Assembly: GCA_950097015.1 (NCBI GenBank)
Contig: CATNEN010000002.1
Coordinates: 6,138,001-6,202,000, forward strand
Length of the DNA stretch: 64,000 nucleotides
DNA from: Macrostomum hystrix
Taxonomy: Eukaryota > Animalia > Platyhelminthes
Reading direction: 5' to 3'
Positions 47,801 to 60,967 of this stretch are shown piece after piece. The notes under the pieces were generated by a model. The model did no database searches and was not told the origin of the DNA. It saw nothing but the letters and a program-made list of their open reading frames with translations. The number at the start of each line of letters is the position of its first letter. The first letter of the stretch is position 1. Made by a program: the position numbers and the translations under genes.

Positions 47801-50800
47801 CCTAACCTGCCAGCACAGTTTTCGCACAACTCGCACAGCCGAACGAATGAGATTGTCCGAATTATATAACAGTCTGGCATTTATAAGGCAGGCAGCCGGG
47901 CATATGGAAAGCATTGGACTGCGGATCAGCAGAGCATTTGGCACCCCAGCGCAGCTCAGCACTAGAGGCAGCTGCAGCGAGGCGAACATCAGAACCCGAA
48001 GCCACCTTTGAACCCAGTTGCTGGCTGTGTCCGTTAGCAAGCAGCGCGATAACAGCAGAGAGGTCAACAGCTGACTATTGCTGTACAACAGCAGGGCTAA
48101 GGTTCCATTGCGGCTAGAAGATGCAGCGCGGACTAGTTCGCTGCTGCTCCGATAGGAATAGTAGGCCATGAGTACAGACACAAAGCTAGCACAGGAATCA
48201 CGCAGGTATTCTGAGTCAAGCACTGAAGCTAGACCAGCCACAGCTATTACTGTCAACAATGAGAATGAAGAGCAAATTGGGCATTATCTTGCTATTTAAT
48301 TGGACATTGTTGGCTTGGCTTAGATGTTCATCAAGGTTTGAAACTTAAGTTGAGTCAGTCAAAAATAAACATAATTAAGTTAAATTAACTGAATCTTGAA
48401 TGCAGTACAGTTACACAAAATACTTATCAATACCATTGTGCAGCGAATAAAAAAGCAGCTCTAAATTCCTGTTTATGAGGCTATAGTTATATCTTTGTAG
48501 TTGCTTAATTTGATATTTAAAAGATAAGAAACGAAAAAAAATCTTTTTTTGTTTTTTTTTGAATAAACTGTTAGAGAATTAATGAAATTTTTTTCTGTGA
48601 CCATATCTTAGTTAGATACCATAGAACTGTTAGCATTTTTTCTAGTAAAAATGATATAAACATATTTAAATACATTTATTTGGCAGATTATATAATAGCA
48701 ATAACATAACAGTAAAAAATAATATGCATATTTTTGCACATAGTCTAATTTTGCTGGCAAAAAGAAGCAGCTTAAATTATATATTTGCTTTGCTATCTAA
48801 ACAGCTATGTATGCCCAGAAGTATAATTTGATATACTTAATCAATTAAACTGTACTTGTCAATGGAAAATAGCATATTGGTGAATAGAATATTTTGAAAT
48901 TATAATACTTAAAATGTATATATATAGAAGTAGTTCTGTGTAAACATTAAAGACCATAACAAGCATCATGTGCAACCTCCCAAATCTTAGCTGGCCGTGC
49001 GACTTAGTTTTTGCTCTATTTACGACTTAGTTTGCTCTCATTTGCTCTATTTTTCTCTCCCCTTTTTCCTCTTCTTCACGCCTTCCTTTTTTGTCCCTTG
49101 GTCCCCCCTTTGTTTTTTTGCGCTTGGTCAATTGCTTTTTGCGACTTACCTTGCTTGGCCCTCGTTTCACCCCACCGGTTCGGCCGGGTCAGCCCGGTTT
49201 TGCGCATGTATGTGCATATGTATGATAATAAGACTCTAACAAGACCATTGTAGATTAAAATGGATTGCAACTCAAAATTTATATAGGGTCTCAAGAAAGA
49301 TAACATTAGTTAAGATATTAACAAAATGTTCTTGATCTGCAATCTGTACTTAAAAACCCAAAGGAGCCAAGCTACAATAACTTTTGGTGATGCCTTATAG
49401 ATGTATAAATTGTCTTAAAGTTATTTTTTTGACAAGGATTAAATAACTTAAATAGCTGAATATAGCTGTAAGAATTCTTACAATAATTAAAATTAATGGA
49501 TAATTTGAATATTATGTGACCAATTGGGTTGTTAAGATTATTCAATGAAGATAATAAGAAGACTTTAGGCAGTAAGGCAGTCTTACTATAAAGAGTAACA
49601 ACTATTTTAATAGAAATTAATTTTTCACTTTATCTAACTCTTTAAGCAATGTATAATAAAATTTTTATTATATTTATAGATTTATTGAAATTATTTATAT
49701 TGCTGTATGATTTGGCTTATTGCAATAATTAACAATCTAGGTAAAATAAACTAGATCTCAGTTTTGACATGAACTATTTTAAATTCTGATTTTAAGCATT
49801 TTAGCATACAAGTTTATTTATACCCTTATGTGAAAACAATCAACATGTGGCTATTATCATACTCACCAAGTTATAGCATGTACTAGTTGGATTCCCGAAT
49901 CCTTCCATCTGCTATAACAAAGTACGCAATATTCATATATTCATTTATATTAAGTCTGCTCCAATTCTCATTTGCTATGTTTGAACCATAGACATCTCCA
50001 AGCTTCCACTGTACTCTATAACTCATATTATCAATAAAGCAAGCACAGGGCTTTGCCCCAAAGAGAAACTTTCTACCTTACCACAGCAGCATATCCATTT
50101 ATTGTCACTGCCTGACACTACTAATGGTACTACGAAAAGTTTAATACTAGTCAAGATGAAATATTGAAAATCAGACTTCAAAATACTTTTTATCAAATAA
50201 GAGTTCTGTATCTTTCTCTTCAACTTTAGTAGTCATTTGTTCATTGTTGTCTGTTGCATAATTGCAAATTTAGACTAAGGATAAAAACTGCATTGTTATG
50301 CCAAAGCATTACAATGCAACTTAAAATGAGGATGCAATGGCAACTTTATTACATTAAACTGAAAATATAATATCAAGCTAATTATATGTGGGATTTAATG
50401 TATTTTGTTCAACAGAACAATGCCTTGAAGTTAGTGGCTTTTATTGAATAGTAGTATCAACCTACTGACAGTCCAAGAATATTATATTCAATCTAACCTT
50501 GAATAAAACATTAATTTTGATGCTAAAACATTACATGCAATCTAGCATTTAATGCAACATCCAATTTTAAATAAAATTGGAGTCAGACACTAGTGAAATA
50601 GGTTTTTATGATGAGACTTTTACAAACATGACAAACATAAACATTGAAAGTATTTTCATCTGAAAAAAAAATATTCTAAGTCTATATAAAATAATGTGGC
50701 ATATATAGGCAAATTTAATTTTTGTAATGATAAAATGTAATAACCATATATAATAATATCCAGCTACTCATATGTGAAGGACTAAGACTGCCACAGCTAA

Positions 50801-51557
50801 GGTGGGGATCAGTGAGAAATAACTTGCTTTTCTATTTGAAAGCTTAGGTGGGTAGATGTGAGGTTAATAGCAGCTAGGGATTTATTGGCACTTAGGCAAT
50901 TCCTTTTTAAATCTAAAGCTAAAGCTAAAAATTAGTTTTTTCTGATTTTTAGACCTACTTTAAATGGGCAACAAAAAAAACTATTGTCAGCAATGCACTT
51001 TGTATTCCAATTAAGAAAGAGAGTTATGTGGTGACTTTCTTTTATATGTGAAGCTAGTCAGAGATTTCATGGTATGCACTGGTCTTAGTCATGTGCATAA
51101 TCAGAATATTCTAGTTGAATATTTGATAAAACCTTTTAGCAAGATGATTGTATAAAAATGTATTAAAATTTAATTATAAATAATATAAAGTTCTCTATTA
51201 AAAATATTGCTTACCTGTTGACTTTATTATAAAACTGATCAAGGGAATGATAATAACTAAAAATATAAGTAAAGACTGTGGGGGACAGTCATCAATGTTA
51301 ACTGTACTTTCAAAAAATCTATCAAACAATGAAAGTGTCTCCTTGCCAATGTCTTTAAGCAAACAAAGCTTATACTGTTCTTTATTCAATTTAGTTCCAT
51401 TAACAGATAGCCTATCAACTGATTCAACTGCTTCTACATGTTGTGTCCTAATAATTGAAGGAAGCTCAGTATTAAGAGTGTTATCAATTATAAAAAGAAA
51501 TGGCAAACGCAGCAAAATGTCTATGGTAGTGGGGGGAATTATTTGAAGCAAATTCAT
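44853..51557 (-). CDS. RNF139: TRC8-family sterol-sensing RING-H2 E3 ligase (RNF139/RNF145-like), 648 aa; exons 51557-51215, 48249-47786, 47076-46600, 45973-45539, 45080-44853
   Basis: IDILLRLPFLFIID (TRC8 N-terminus), HWDRLRVPLLLRVFW, FFLLALQAGITGL, VEFVFGIFLFFNG, CAICY..CRVTPCRHVFHSACIRRW..CPMCH; phases consistent (1947 nt); RNF139 versus RNF145 not resolved. Confidence 0.87.
45145..45490. repeat. Degenerate about 30-bp repeat with a tgattggtcag core (RNF139 intron 4)
   Basis: More than 10 ATTGG cores. Confidence 0.75.
47270..47730. repeat. Degenerate about 30-bp repeat with a ttctgattggtcag / ttctgattcgt core (RNF139 intron 2)
   Basis: Same core family as 45145-45490. Confidence 0.75.
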
Positions 51558-54277
51558 TTTAAGTACTCTAAGTCTGAGAGTAGACAATAAAATAGGGACA
51601 GCTTAAATTATAACCTATTTTATGGGATTTGAAGAGAACCATACCTAGCCTCAATTGTTTTAAGATAAGTAGGCCTAGCTGCCAGGTCGGGCCAATTTCA
51701 GAATTAATATTTATAGGATAATTATTGTTAAATTATACTACTTTACTTTACTTATCACCTAGTACTGGGTACTTGGTCAAACTTGGTCAATCTTTGGTCC
51801 AGGGCTGTGGCTTAGAAGGCAATACTAAATTATAAAATCTAGCTAACGAACAGAACCGCTAAGCTAATTACAAATGAAATTAAATATATTAACAAGGAAG
51901 ATGAACGTTTGCATCAACGGTGAAATGCGTTCAAAATTTATCGAAAAGCTATACAATTGTCTCGCCAAAAAACCAAGGGCTTGACTTCAAGTCAAACAAG
52001 TGAAATTAATGAATTTAAACAAATAGTGTATTTAGTCATGCTATTTATGCTAAATCTAAACATAGTGTTTTTCTAATTCTTGACTGTAGCAAAAAATAAA
52101 AAAATGTAGATAATTAGCAAAAATGTGTAAATCGTTTGTTTAATTAATTTTTTTCGGGTTGCACAAAGACCGCGTCTTTTTAAAAGAGAAATAATATTTA
52201 ATTTATTTCAGTATTTGCACAGTGGGGCCTATAGGCGAACCAGGCTACTTGCTTGAGCCCAATCGACTACTGCAACTAAACCTGGACAAAAAATGGCATA
52301 CCACATCTAATGTTATGCCTCGTTTGATCTTACTAATCCTCACGTTAAATAGGCCTACGTAGCTGTAGAAAAGCATTTCCAATTTTTTATATTGACACAT
52401 TCGATATGTATTTTAAATCATTGATATTTAAAAGCAAAATATTAGTATATTTTTTACCTTTAGCCTTTTTAATATCAAAATAATGCGGGTGTGCTATAAA
52501 AAAACTAATAATGTTAGCTCAGTATAAGCTAAAGTCCTGACTTCTAGCTAACAGGGCAATGAGTGGTTTTTTAATTGTCTTTCAATTTCATAATAATAGT
52601 AGTCATACAATCACAATGTAATACAATACCTTGCTGGGTTGCTACAAATGTTGTCACTGCGACAGTAGGCCCTAACTCTAAATTATTAGGGCTAGGGCTG
52701 GGCCTTCCACATTAATTATGAGATAATCAGTTTACATTTTTCAGTTAGGCCTGCCCTAAGCTATATGTATAAGTGACAGAAAAAGCAGTTCCAACATCTG
52801 GCCAAGAACTTGACCATACCTTCTAAAATCTAAATGTACTTAGGCCTACTTGACAATTGACAACTGAATTTCATGTCCTAGTTTGTTATCTTAAAATTTT
52901 AAATTGCTTATTATTTTTATAGTGGAATTGCTTAGGCCTATCCCATGGTCACGTGCCGATAATTTTCTGCTTGTCCACATGGCAGCTTGTAGGCTATGAT
53001 TAGTCTACTTTCAAGTCCCTACCTATTCTTCTCTGAGCATAAGGCTTTTCCTTCAAAGTAAAGTGTATAGTGTGTAGTGTAGTGGAGCGAATTTAAAAAA
53101 GCTGTGGACACTCCTGCTAGATGCATAGATGTGCAGTTGTTTTCAAGAAAAAGAGCGCAAATCCGCAATTGCTATATATCTTTAGTCTGACTCAATATAG
53201 TAATTGATTTGATTTCACGAAAAAATGTCGAAAGACCTTTTTTTGATCTCCGTAGGCGTAGTGTAGGCTATTTCTAAAAATAGAACAAGTATGTGGTGAT
53301 TTCGCAAAAATGTGGACATATATACCAAATGATCTTTTTTTGATTACTGTAGTGTATTTCTATATTTAGAACAGCTAAGGTTGTCTTTTCGCACTCAGGC
53401 ACTGCGGAGCATGTATTCTTGTAGGGGCACAAGGGGGCACTGTTTGTTATACATCTATATACTTACAACAACTTTACACATACAAGACCCAGGCCATGCG
53501 GACAGGAATTTTTGTCTGTGCAGCCGCACAGGCAATTTTTCACAAGAGCGCCAGATGCTGTCCACAAAAACCCCTGTTGGCTCCAATAGGGCACTATCAA
53601 TGTTTAGTGTAAAATAATAACAATGATGTGTGATAATATGTGACTAGAGTTTGGTGCTGACTAGAATTCTGCTGGTTGACTCGTATGATTTTCTTTGATG
53701 GACTTCTTACTTTTTAAGTCAATACAATTCAAATGAAAACATGTAACTATGACAAAAGATTTAGTAAGTTGTTTTTACAATAATTAAAAAAGGATGACAT
53801 TAATGTCGGTTAATAAATGTGTAGGTCGAAATGTAGAACACTGTTGTAACATACTGGCAACTTTGTCAATCTATTGGCTCAAGGGTTCAACAAAATGTTC
53901 AAACCTGAAAGGGCCTCGTTACAAAAAACAGAACCATGTGGATAAAATTGAAATTAATGGCATGGCATATTTATATAAAGAGTTTTAGACCTATTCATAT
54001 AAGCTGCTGTGTGGATAAGCAGAAAATTATCGGCATGGATCCATGTGGATAAAATTGAAATTATCAACATGGGACAGTGGGTAAAAAAAAGACTTTTATA
54101 GCAAACTTTTTGGCTATGATTATTCAGTTCAGTAACATAAGTAATTCAGTAAATTAGATTCAGTAAAGGCAATGCTTATTGACATAGTCAGGCTATATGA
54201 TTTATGCCAACTTTTTTCACATAAATATAGGACAAATTGGTAATAGACAATCTGGTAACAGAGTTCAGTAACAAGTA

Positions 54278-54699
54278 GGGGTCAGACTAGATCCTGATCC
54301 TGACTCTTAGAAAGTCAGGAATCAGGATAGGCTCATCTCATTCCCCTAATATATGAATAGCTTAACAAAAATCAAGAAACTGCTTTAAACAATTCAAAAT
54401 TAGTCTCAAATTCTGACTCACCACTTAGTTTAGGCATAGGCTCCTCATCCTGAATCCTGCCCAGAAATATTAGTCTTAAAAGTAGTGTTACTATTACTTG
54501 GTGTAGACATGGAAAGTTGAGATTGCATAAGTTTGGTGTCATTTTAAAGCAGCAAGTCTTTTCGTTCAAATGACACCAATTGTAAGAGATTTGAATATGT
54601 GCTTCAAGAGATATGGACAATTAAGTAGTTCCTACTAGTTCTGGACACCCCTTGTAAATGAAGATCCCAATCCTAAAAATCTTGATCCTGTCTGACCCT
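54278..54699. mobile_element. Short-TIR MITE with TA target duplication (Tc1/mariner-like)
   Basis: TA|ggggtcagactagatc ... gatcctgtctgaccct|TA. Confidence 0.55.
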
Positions 54700-55201
54700 T
54701 AGTATCAAGGCATAGTGAATTTAGTAAGAATCATTGGATGGACAGCAATAGTAATAGTATATAGATAGTGATTTACTATATTGGTAAAGCTAGTTTGCTA
54801 GTTTAAGATTAAAAAAAAACTGGAAAAGCCCATTCAGCAGGCACTAATAAAAGAAATATTTTTTCAAATCAACTTGCAACTATTGAAAATAATTATCAGT
54901 TTTGATGCAAAATAAAAAAAGTAGTAGTAGTTGCATTTAATAACCTTTTATTTAATAAACATAAACAAATTAGTACCAACAGTATATAAAGGCAAATGTG
55001 AATCTGTGCATTCTTTTTATACCAACAACTGGAGTATTAAATAGATCACAATTTAAAGATTTAAATGTACTAAAAAACTCATTTCAGCAATCAAAGCAAC
55101 TCCTGGCAGCTGCAGCCAGTCAAGTCAAGCCAGTCTAGCATTTGATAACACTGAGATTTCACTGCCTCTAAAATCTATTATAAAACTAAAAATTCAAAGA
55201 C

Positions 55202-58200
55202 ATGGCCTGCGACCTCTTAATGCCATCGCAGTCGATTGGCAACCCTGCCTTCTCCCCACTGACTCTGTTTGAATGCACCATCACCAATGCCCAGATGCTC
55301 ATCGATTCCATGGGCGACCGAGACCTGATGCAGGCTCTGAAGATTGCTGGCAGCCTGCACACCCACATTGTTGGCGTCATCGAGCCTCGCTATGATCGCG
55401 CCTGTCAGCGCAGCGACGATCACGAAGCCTGCTGTCAGCAACAACAGACTGCCACTGGCGTTGAAGCCACGGCAGCTGCCACGCCGTCCAAACCGATTCC
55501 GTCAACCATTGTCGACCAGAGCGAGAATGGCTGTAAACAGGCCGCTGTAAAGTTGGCGGCGGCTTCAACTTTTAAATCGGAGACTTCAATGGTGGGTGTC
55601 AATGTCAAATCCGAGCTGCTGGACTCTTTCGTGGAGGAGGAGGAGGAAGACTGTCTGATCCTGGAGGAGGAGGACTCATTTGCCGTGGCGGCGGCGGGCG
55701 GGCCGCCGTTGTCGCCGTCAGCTTCTTCTTCTTCGCAGCTTCCCGGCGCCAGCTTCGGCAGTAGAAAGCGTAGCCGCCAAATCTCGCCGCATCGTGCTTC
55801 TCCGGCCAGCGTTGCCGCCGCCGCCGCTGCTGCAGCCTCGGCCGCATCTGGCACTTTTCCAGGCAGCTCTCAGCAGCTGGCAGAATGTAAGAACGCCCTG
55901 CGACAGGCCTACAAGGATATCAAAGGCAATGGACCGCACCTCTTCGATTTCTCACTGGCGTGAGTGTATAAAGCAATTGTATTATATGCCTTATTTAGAA
56001 AGTGGTTTTCACACGTTCAATTACACAAGGTTTCACCGTTTTAAATTATCATAACTCCCTGTTTGATGGTTAAAGATAGATGAAAAATTGCCATATTTTA
56101 CTATTGGGTTTCAACTTCTATTTCAAACTAAATAGCTTCTATTTTGCCCGGCGGCTCTCCGGCTGGCGTTAGTTACTTCAATTTCGCCCGCGGGGAGGGG
56201 TTGCTCGTGTGTACCCGATTAGTAACTTCAATTTCGTCCGCGATACCGGCCCGCCCAAGTTAGGGTAAATCTATTTCGCAAAAAGTAACTTCTATTTCGT
56301 CTTGCATTTTTTCATCCGGCTTCAAACATAAATATAGGCCATGATGGGCCTGTACTTTCAATATTAATATTATTAAATATATTTTAATAAGATTGGAGCT
56401 TCAAGAGCGGCTGGATGTGAAAGTGTCTGCCCTATCCAATTAGCTGAATTTATTGTGATTCTGTGCGATAGGGTCAAAAATTCACAAGGCCATAAATCTC
56501 TCGACACTCGAAAGAAAATTATTATAATTCCACTGCGGCAGAGTCGGTGGTGGCGTCGGCGAAGATCAAAGGCAGGGACAAAGTCCGTATTTCACAGAGC
56601 GGACGCAAACACAAATCGCTGTGCTGAAGAGACGATATAGATGTTACTTTTTGTGAAATTGATTTACCCTAACTTGGGCAGGCCGGTCTCGCGGACGAAA
56701 TTGAAGTTACTAACGCCAGCCGGAGAGCCGCCGGGCGAAATAGAAGCTATTTAGTTTGAAATTGAAGTTGAAAACCAATATCACTTTGCCATTGAACATT
56801 AAAAGTACGATAGATGCCTGAGATAGAATGTGACCTTGTTCCGCTGCAAAACAGCCTTACTTCTAATGCACTATATATATATATATGCAACTAATTCTAG
56901 ATTTAATGATCCGGCCAATCAGCGAGTCTCTGAGCAGATAATCCAGCTAGCCAAGCAGCTCACGGTTCATTTTCGATTATCCAACGACGCCTGGTGGAGT
57001 GAGTTTTATTTTTTAGCAGTTTAATTAAGTCATGCTAGTGTAAAATAGATTTATAGCATTTATAGATTTAAACAAATAATAATAAGTTGTATATTTAAAC
57101 AATGGCCCTCTCCTTGCATTTGGTGACCTCGCACTGTGAAAGTTTGATTGCCAGCTTAAGAAACTATGCATAAAAACATTACTCTAAGAATCAATTGGCC
57201 TATTTTTATAAATTTGCACTAAAATATTTGATGGTGGATTTCACTATCGTCACCGACTCCAAGCTATTATGAACTAATCAACTCATTACCTATCAGTGAT
57301 TAAAAGAGTTTGTTCACATTGTTCAATTGTTCTCATGTACCGAGTGCAGGGTTGTTGGGTTCAGTTTATTCCGTTCTAACAAATCAGCCACCGATGCCCA
57401 CTGATGCCAGGCAACACAGAACTGTTTAGCCGAATCAAGGCGGACCTGAATATTGGCAAACTGCGGAAGAGGCACTTCCGATCCAGGCTAAAGGTGTTGA
57501 TTGACGATATTCGTTTGATTTTGTTGTGCTTAACAGTAACAGTTGGACTGTCTTGTGTCTCACGATTAGAGCTCACTGTGCAAGGGGGGCTGTCAATCAA
57601 GCATGCCGCTAAATTCAACTCAAATTGATATACGTTTTTAGAAGCCCTGAGCACTAGCGGAGTGTTCAGCCAGGCCAGGCACAATTATTTGGCCAAATTT
57701 CGTATGCTGAAAATTAAACGCAAAGCCAGTGTACGTACCACATTATCGATTACATTTTAATTGTAATAATCCCTGCAAGTGTGAAGCGTTGTGTCTCCTG
57801 AAGTCCAACTCCTGCTCAGAACCGTATTTTTTAAACTAAAATAGCGTTGGCCTACTTCAGTCCTGAACTGGAATTTTCAGATAATTCACCTGATTTAAAG
57901 GTCACATGTTACATTAACATCGTTTGAGTTGGACTGATTGAATTCGTGCGATAGGAGTTTTATCCCCTCTTCTTTCCAACTCCTCTTTCTTAAACTAAAG
58001 CTTAAAGCGAGGCAACTAAACTACCTGTGCGCAACCTCAATGCTTAGTTAATAAGGCTGAGGATAAATATCCCAAACAGTTGCTATACTGTGCCGGCGCG
58101 CGTATTGTTACAGACCAGAAGCTGGCACGGGCATTCTTTGCCGAAGAGAAAAATCGAGCATTTACACGCATCCGCATGCGTCGAGTAGCGTGCCAAAAAG

Positions 58201-60108
58201 CTGTAAGAAATCGCTAGCAGCTGAGATCTGAGTCAGGTGCTGCTGCATCTTTGCTGCCTTTTATTATCGCTTTCGATTTTCCCACTTTCGGGAAGTTTAT
58301 TACATTTTGGCGATCAAAACACTTCCAAACCGCGAGAGATCCAAGCAATCAATCAGTCGGCCTTTGAATTTGATTAAAAGACTAAACCTATGAATTTGAT
58401 TTTATTTCTTGTAGACATTTGCTTTCCGTCAGTCTATAGGGACCTAGCCAAATATGACAAGCATAGGGAGCGAATGAAACACCGAATGCGAGCCAGGAGA
58501 CACATGAGCAGTGTACGCCTCTTCTCATAACTCAATTAACTCAATTCCTGAGCTTGCCAATTACTGATTTAGATTTGTTTTAATTCGATCCTTTCACAAC
58601 CAAAGCAAGGCGTGTGGCTAAATAGTTTTCCGTGAATTTGAGAATCATGCCTTGAATTGCGGCATAATTCTTATTCAATTGGTGCTTCTGGCAATGCAGT
58701 CAATGCACTTACATGAGCAAGTATTTGCACTGGTTTACTGCGCAATGGATCCGTGTTTTTGCTCCAAATCTCAACAGAATCCGCTGTGTTATTTAACAAA
58801 TATTCAGCTTAGTATCGAAGTCAATATTACAATAGATTCTGAATAGCAAAACTTGTGCATGATTTACAGCAGATTCCGATTCGTGGAATCAACTTGGGAA
58901 TCTTACGAAGAGATCTGATAATAGTTTAGAACAGGCTAACATCCATTGTGCACTAACTGGGCATCTACTGCTCTGTGAAATGTTAGTCAAGCTAAATTTA
59001 GTGGACAACTGCAATGTGCGGCAATATTTCAGGCCTATTAAATTCTGTATATGCCGAGCTAAAGGACACAATATTGGAGCGGCGGCATTATACTAAACAT
59101 TCTGTGCGAAAATTTCGCAGCAAAGTCAAGGTAACGAAATGATAACTGAATAGCATCTGAGAGAGTTGGTTAATAAAAGAGACCACAATTAGTCATTTAC
59201 TCGTTCATCAAAGCAAGGCCTGGGCAATTTTTCTGTTTATTTTGAGCGTGCATTTTCAACGCTGTTTAACGCTAGCTGACTTTAATCCCGTTAATTTTAG
59301 GCTCATCCGGGCACCTGTTTCACCTGTTAAAGAAGGAGGTGTCTCATAAGCGCGAACGGGATGTGTTCTATCAGCGAAAGGGGCGGCAAAAGAATAAAGT
59401 AAAATAAATCAATATAAAGAGAAAGAAGAGATTTGCGACATTCATTGTGTCCGAGTTAGGAATATTTGGCGGGCTTAAGTCTAATAGTTTAGCTGTTGTT
59501 ATGCAGCCGGAAACCCAATTAGTAAATCAGTGTGTATTGATTGGCACTGGTAGATAGCTAGATAGCCTTGCTCATACTGATTCCCATTTTGCATCTGTGA
59601 AGCGGTAGGAATGCAGTGCCTTTCTTAAGGACACAATTAGTTTTACTTGGGTTGAAAATCGGGATAAATATGTAGGATATAAAAAAAATCGGCCGTTTCG
59701 CTACATATCGGGTGGATAGTAGACATCCTCTATCCTACTACTATTCTGCCACTTCAGAAGCTAGCTAGACGACAGAAAAGCTTCGAACTACTGGCCACCA
59801 GCTTGTCCACGGACAAATTCGACAAGTACCGCATCATCCTGTCACGTGACTACACCTCGTCCGATGAAGAGGCCGACATCGGCGGCGGTGGCGATGAAGG
59901 CGGCGCGCTGCGGGTCCGCGAATTGCCCTGGGAGTCGGCCGAGCTGCGCGAGATGAAGCATCAGCTGGACTCGATCTTCCTGGAGAACTGCGCCAGTCAG
60001 AAGCAGGCGCAACAGTTGCGCAACACTGTGCGGGACCCCGCCTGCGTCAGCGGCAGAACTCCCCCTGCGAACTGTCCCAGCTGGGCCCTGTCAGCCGAGT
60101 ACCGCTAG
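55202..60108 (+). CDS. C14orf93/DUF4616-like protein, paralog 1, about 434 aa; exons 55202-55959, 56901-56998, 58415-58512, 59758-60108
   Basis: FDFSLAFNDPANQRV / RARRHMSSKLARRQK / YTSSDEE / LRVRELPWESAEL..LD / SGRTPPANCPSWA parallels the C14orf93-type C-terminus; phases consistent (1305 nt); exon 2 length and phases are mirrored by paralog 2. Confidence 0.7.
56102..56780. mobile_element. MITE with about 190-bp inverted arms in intron 1 of paralog 1
   Basis: tattgggtttcaacttctatttcaaactaaatagcttc...aaaagtaac pairs with gttactttttg...gaagctatttagtttgaaattgaagttgaaaaccaata; TA at both ends. Confidence 0.82.
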
Positions 60109-60967
60109 GCCGGGCCTTCAAACGCCACCCTGAGTACTGCCAGTAGCAATGCTGTTTTTTATTATGCGTGTTTTCTGCTTGGTCAGCATTTTTAACGCTT
60201 AGTTGCTAGGCGGTAACTAAGGTGTTGTGTATTTTACGAGCCAGGCCAAGGTATACTGTAGGGAAAATTATATGCAAAACTGGAATCATCCAAATGCATA
60301 ACCGATGTATCCGAGTGCATAACCGATTTATGTATGCTAGAAGTCTTTGTTCTTTGTTGTAAGAGTGTTTTTATACAAGTCTAAAAACTTCTAAATCGAT
60401 AACTGCTAAATATGTAGGCTGGCATTGGCTGACTGGACTGTTTGATTATATCCATCATGCTCTTATCTGTCAGTTAGTAACCAGGTTCGGCCACTCGAAA
60501 TTCGCTCCAGGAGTAGAACTCCGGCATTTAGTTATTACGGGCGGTTGCTTGCAAAACTGCAGACAAACTGACTGTTTTTTGTATTATTTCTTTGCTGTAA
60601 TCGCATTAAATATTCACAAACAGGCAATTCTGTTATTATAATTATACTATCACCTAAAATAATTGTTTCATTCATATTCAAGCTAAACAATGATTATTAG
60701 TATATTAATAAAATAGTTTATAATTGGCTTTCTCCGGTAATCTTATTCGTGTTCTCATTGCTTCGACACAAAGTTGTAATACTGAATATTGTAAAAACGC
60801 CAGTTACTTTTAACGTTTTAAATACAGTAGGATTTATTTCAACTCTCTGTCCACAGATTGCAGGATTGCTAAGCAAGCCTGGGATTCGAATGACCTTCTG
60901 TATGCTATTCGGTTGAATGCAATTGGCTTGTTTATTTACTTCGTAATTTTATAGTGTAAAAAGTGCG

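Noticed and set aside
53060-53360. Repeated gtagtg words resembling CACTA transposon right ends
   Set aside because: No matching left end or target duplication found; too short to support
53937-54052. Three perfect DnaA-box matches (tgtggataa)
   Set aside because: Eukaryotic context; they are part of a short local direct repeat (ccatgtggataaaattgaaatta), with no bacterial genes nearby
57388-57490. Exon-like GC-rich stretch (LFSRIKADLNIGKLRKRHFRSRLK) inside paralog 1
   Set aside because: No donor in the phase needed to join the next exon, and paralog 2 supports skipping it; an alternative exon cannot be fully excluded
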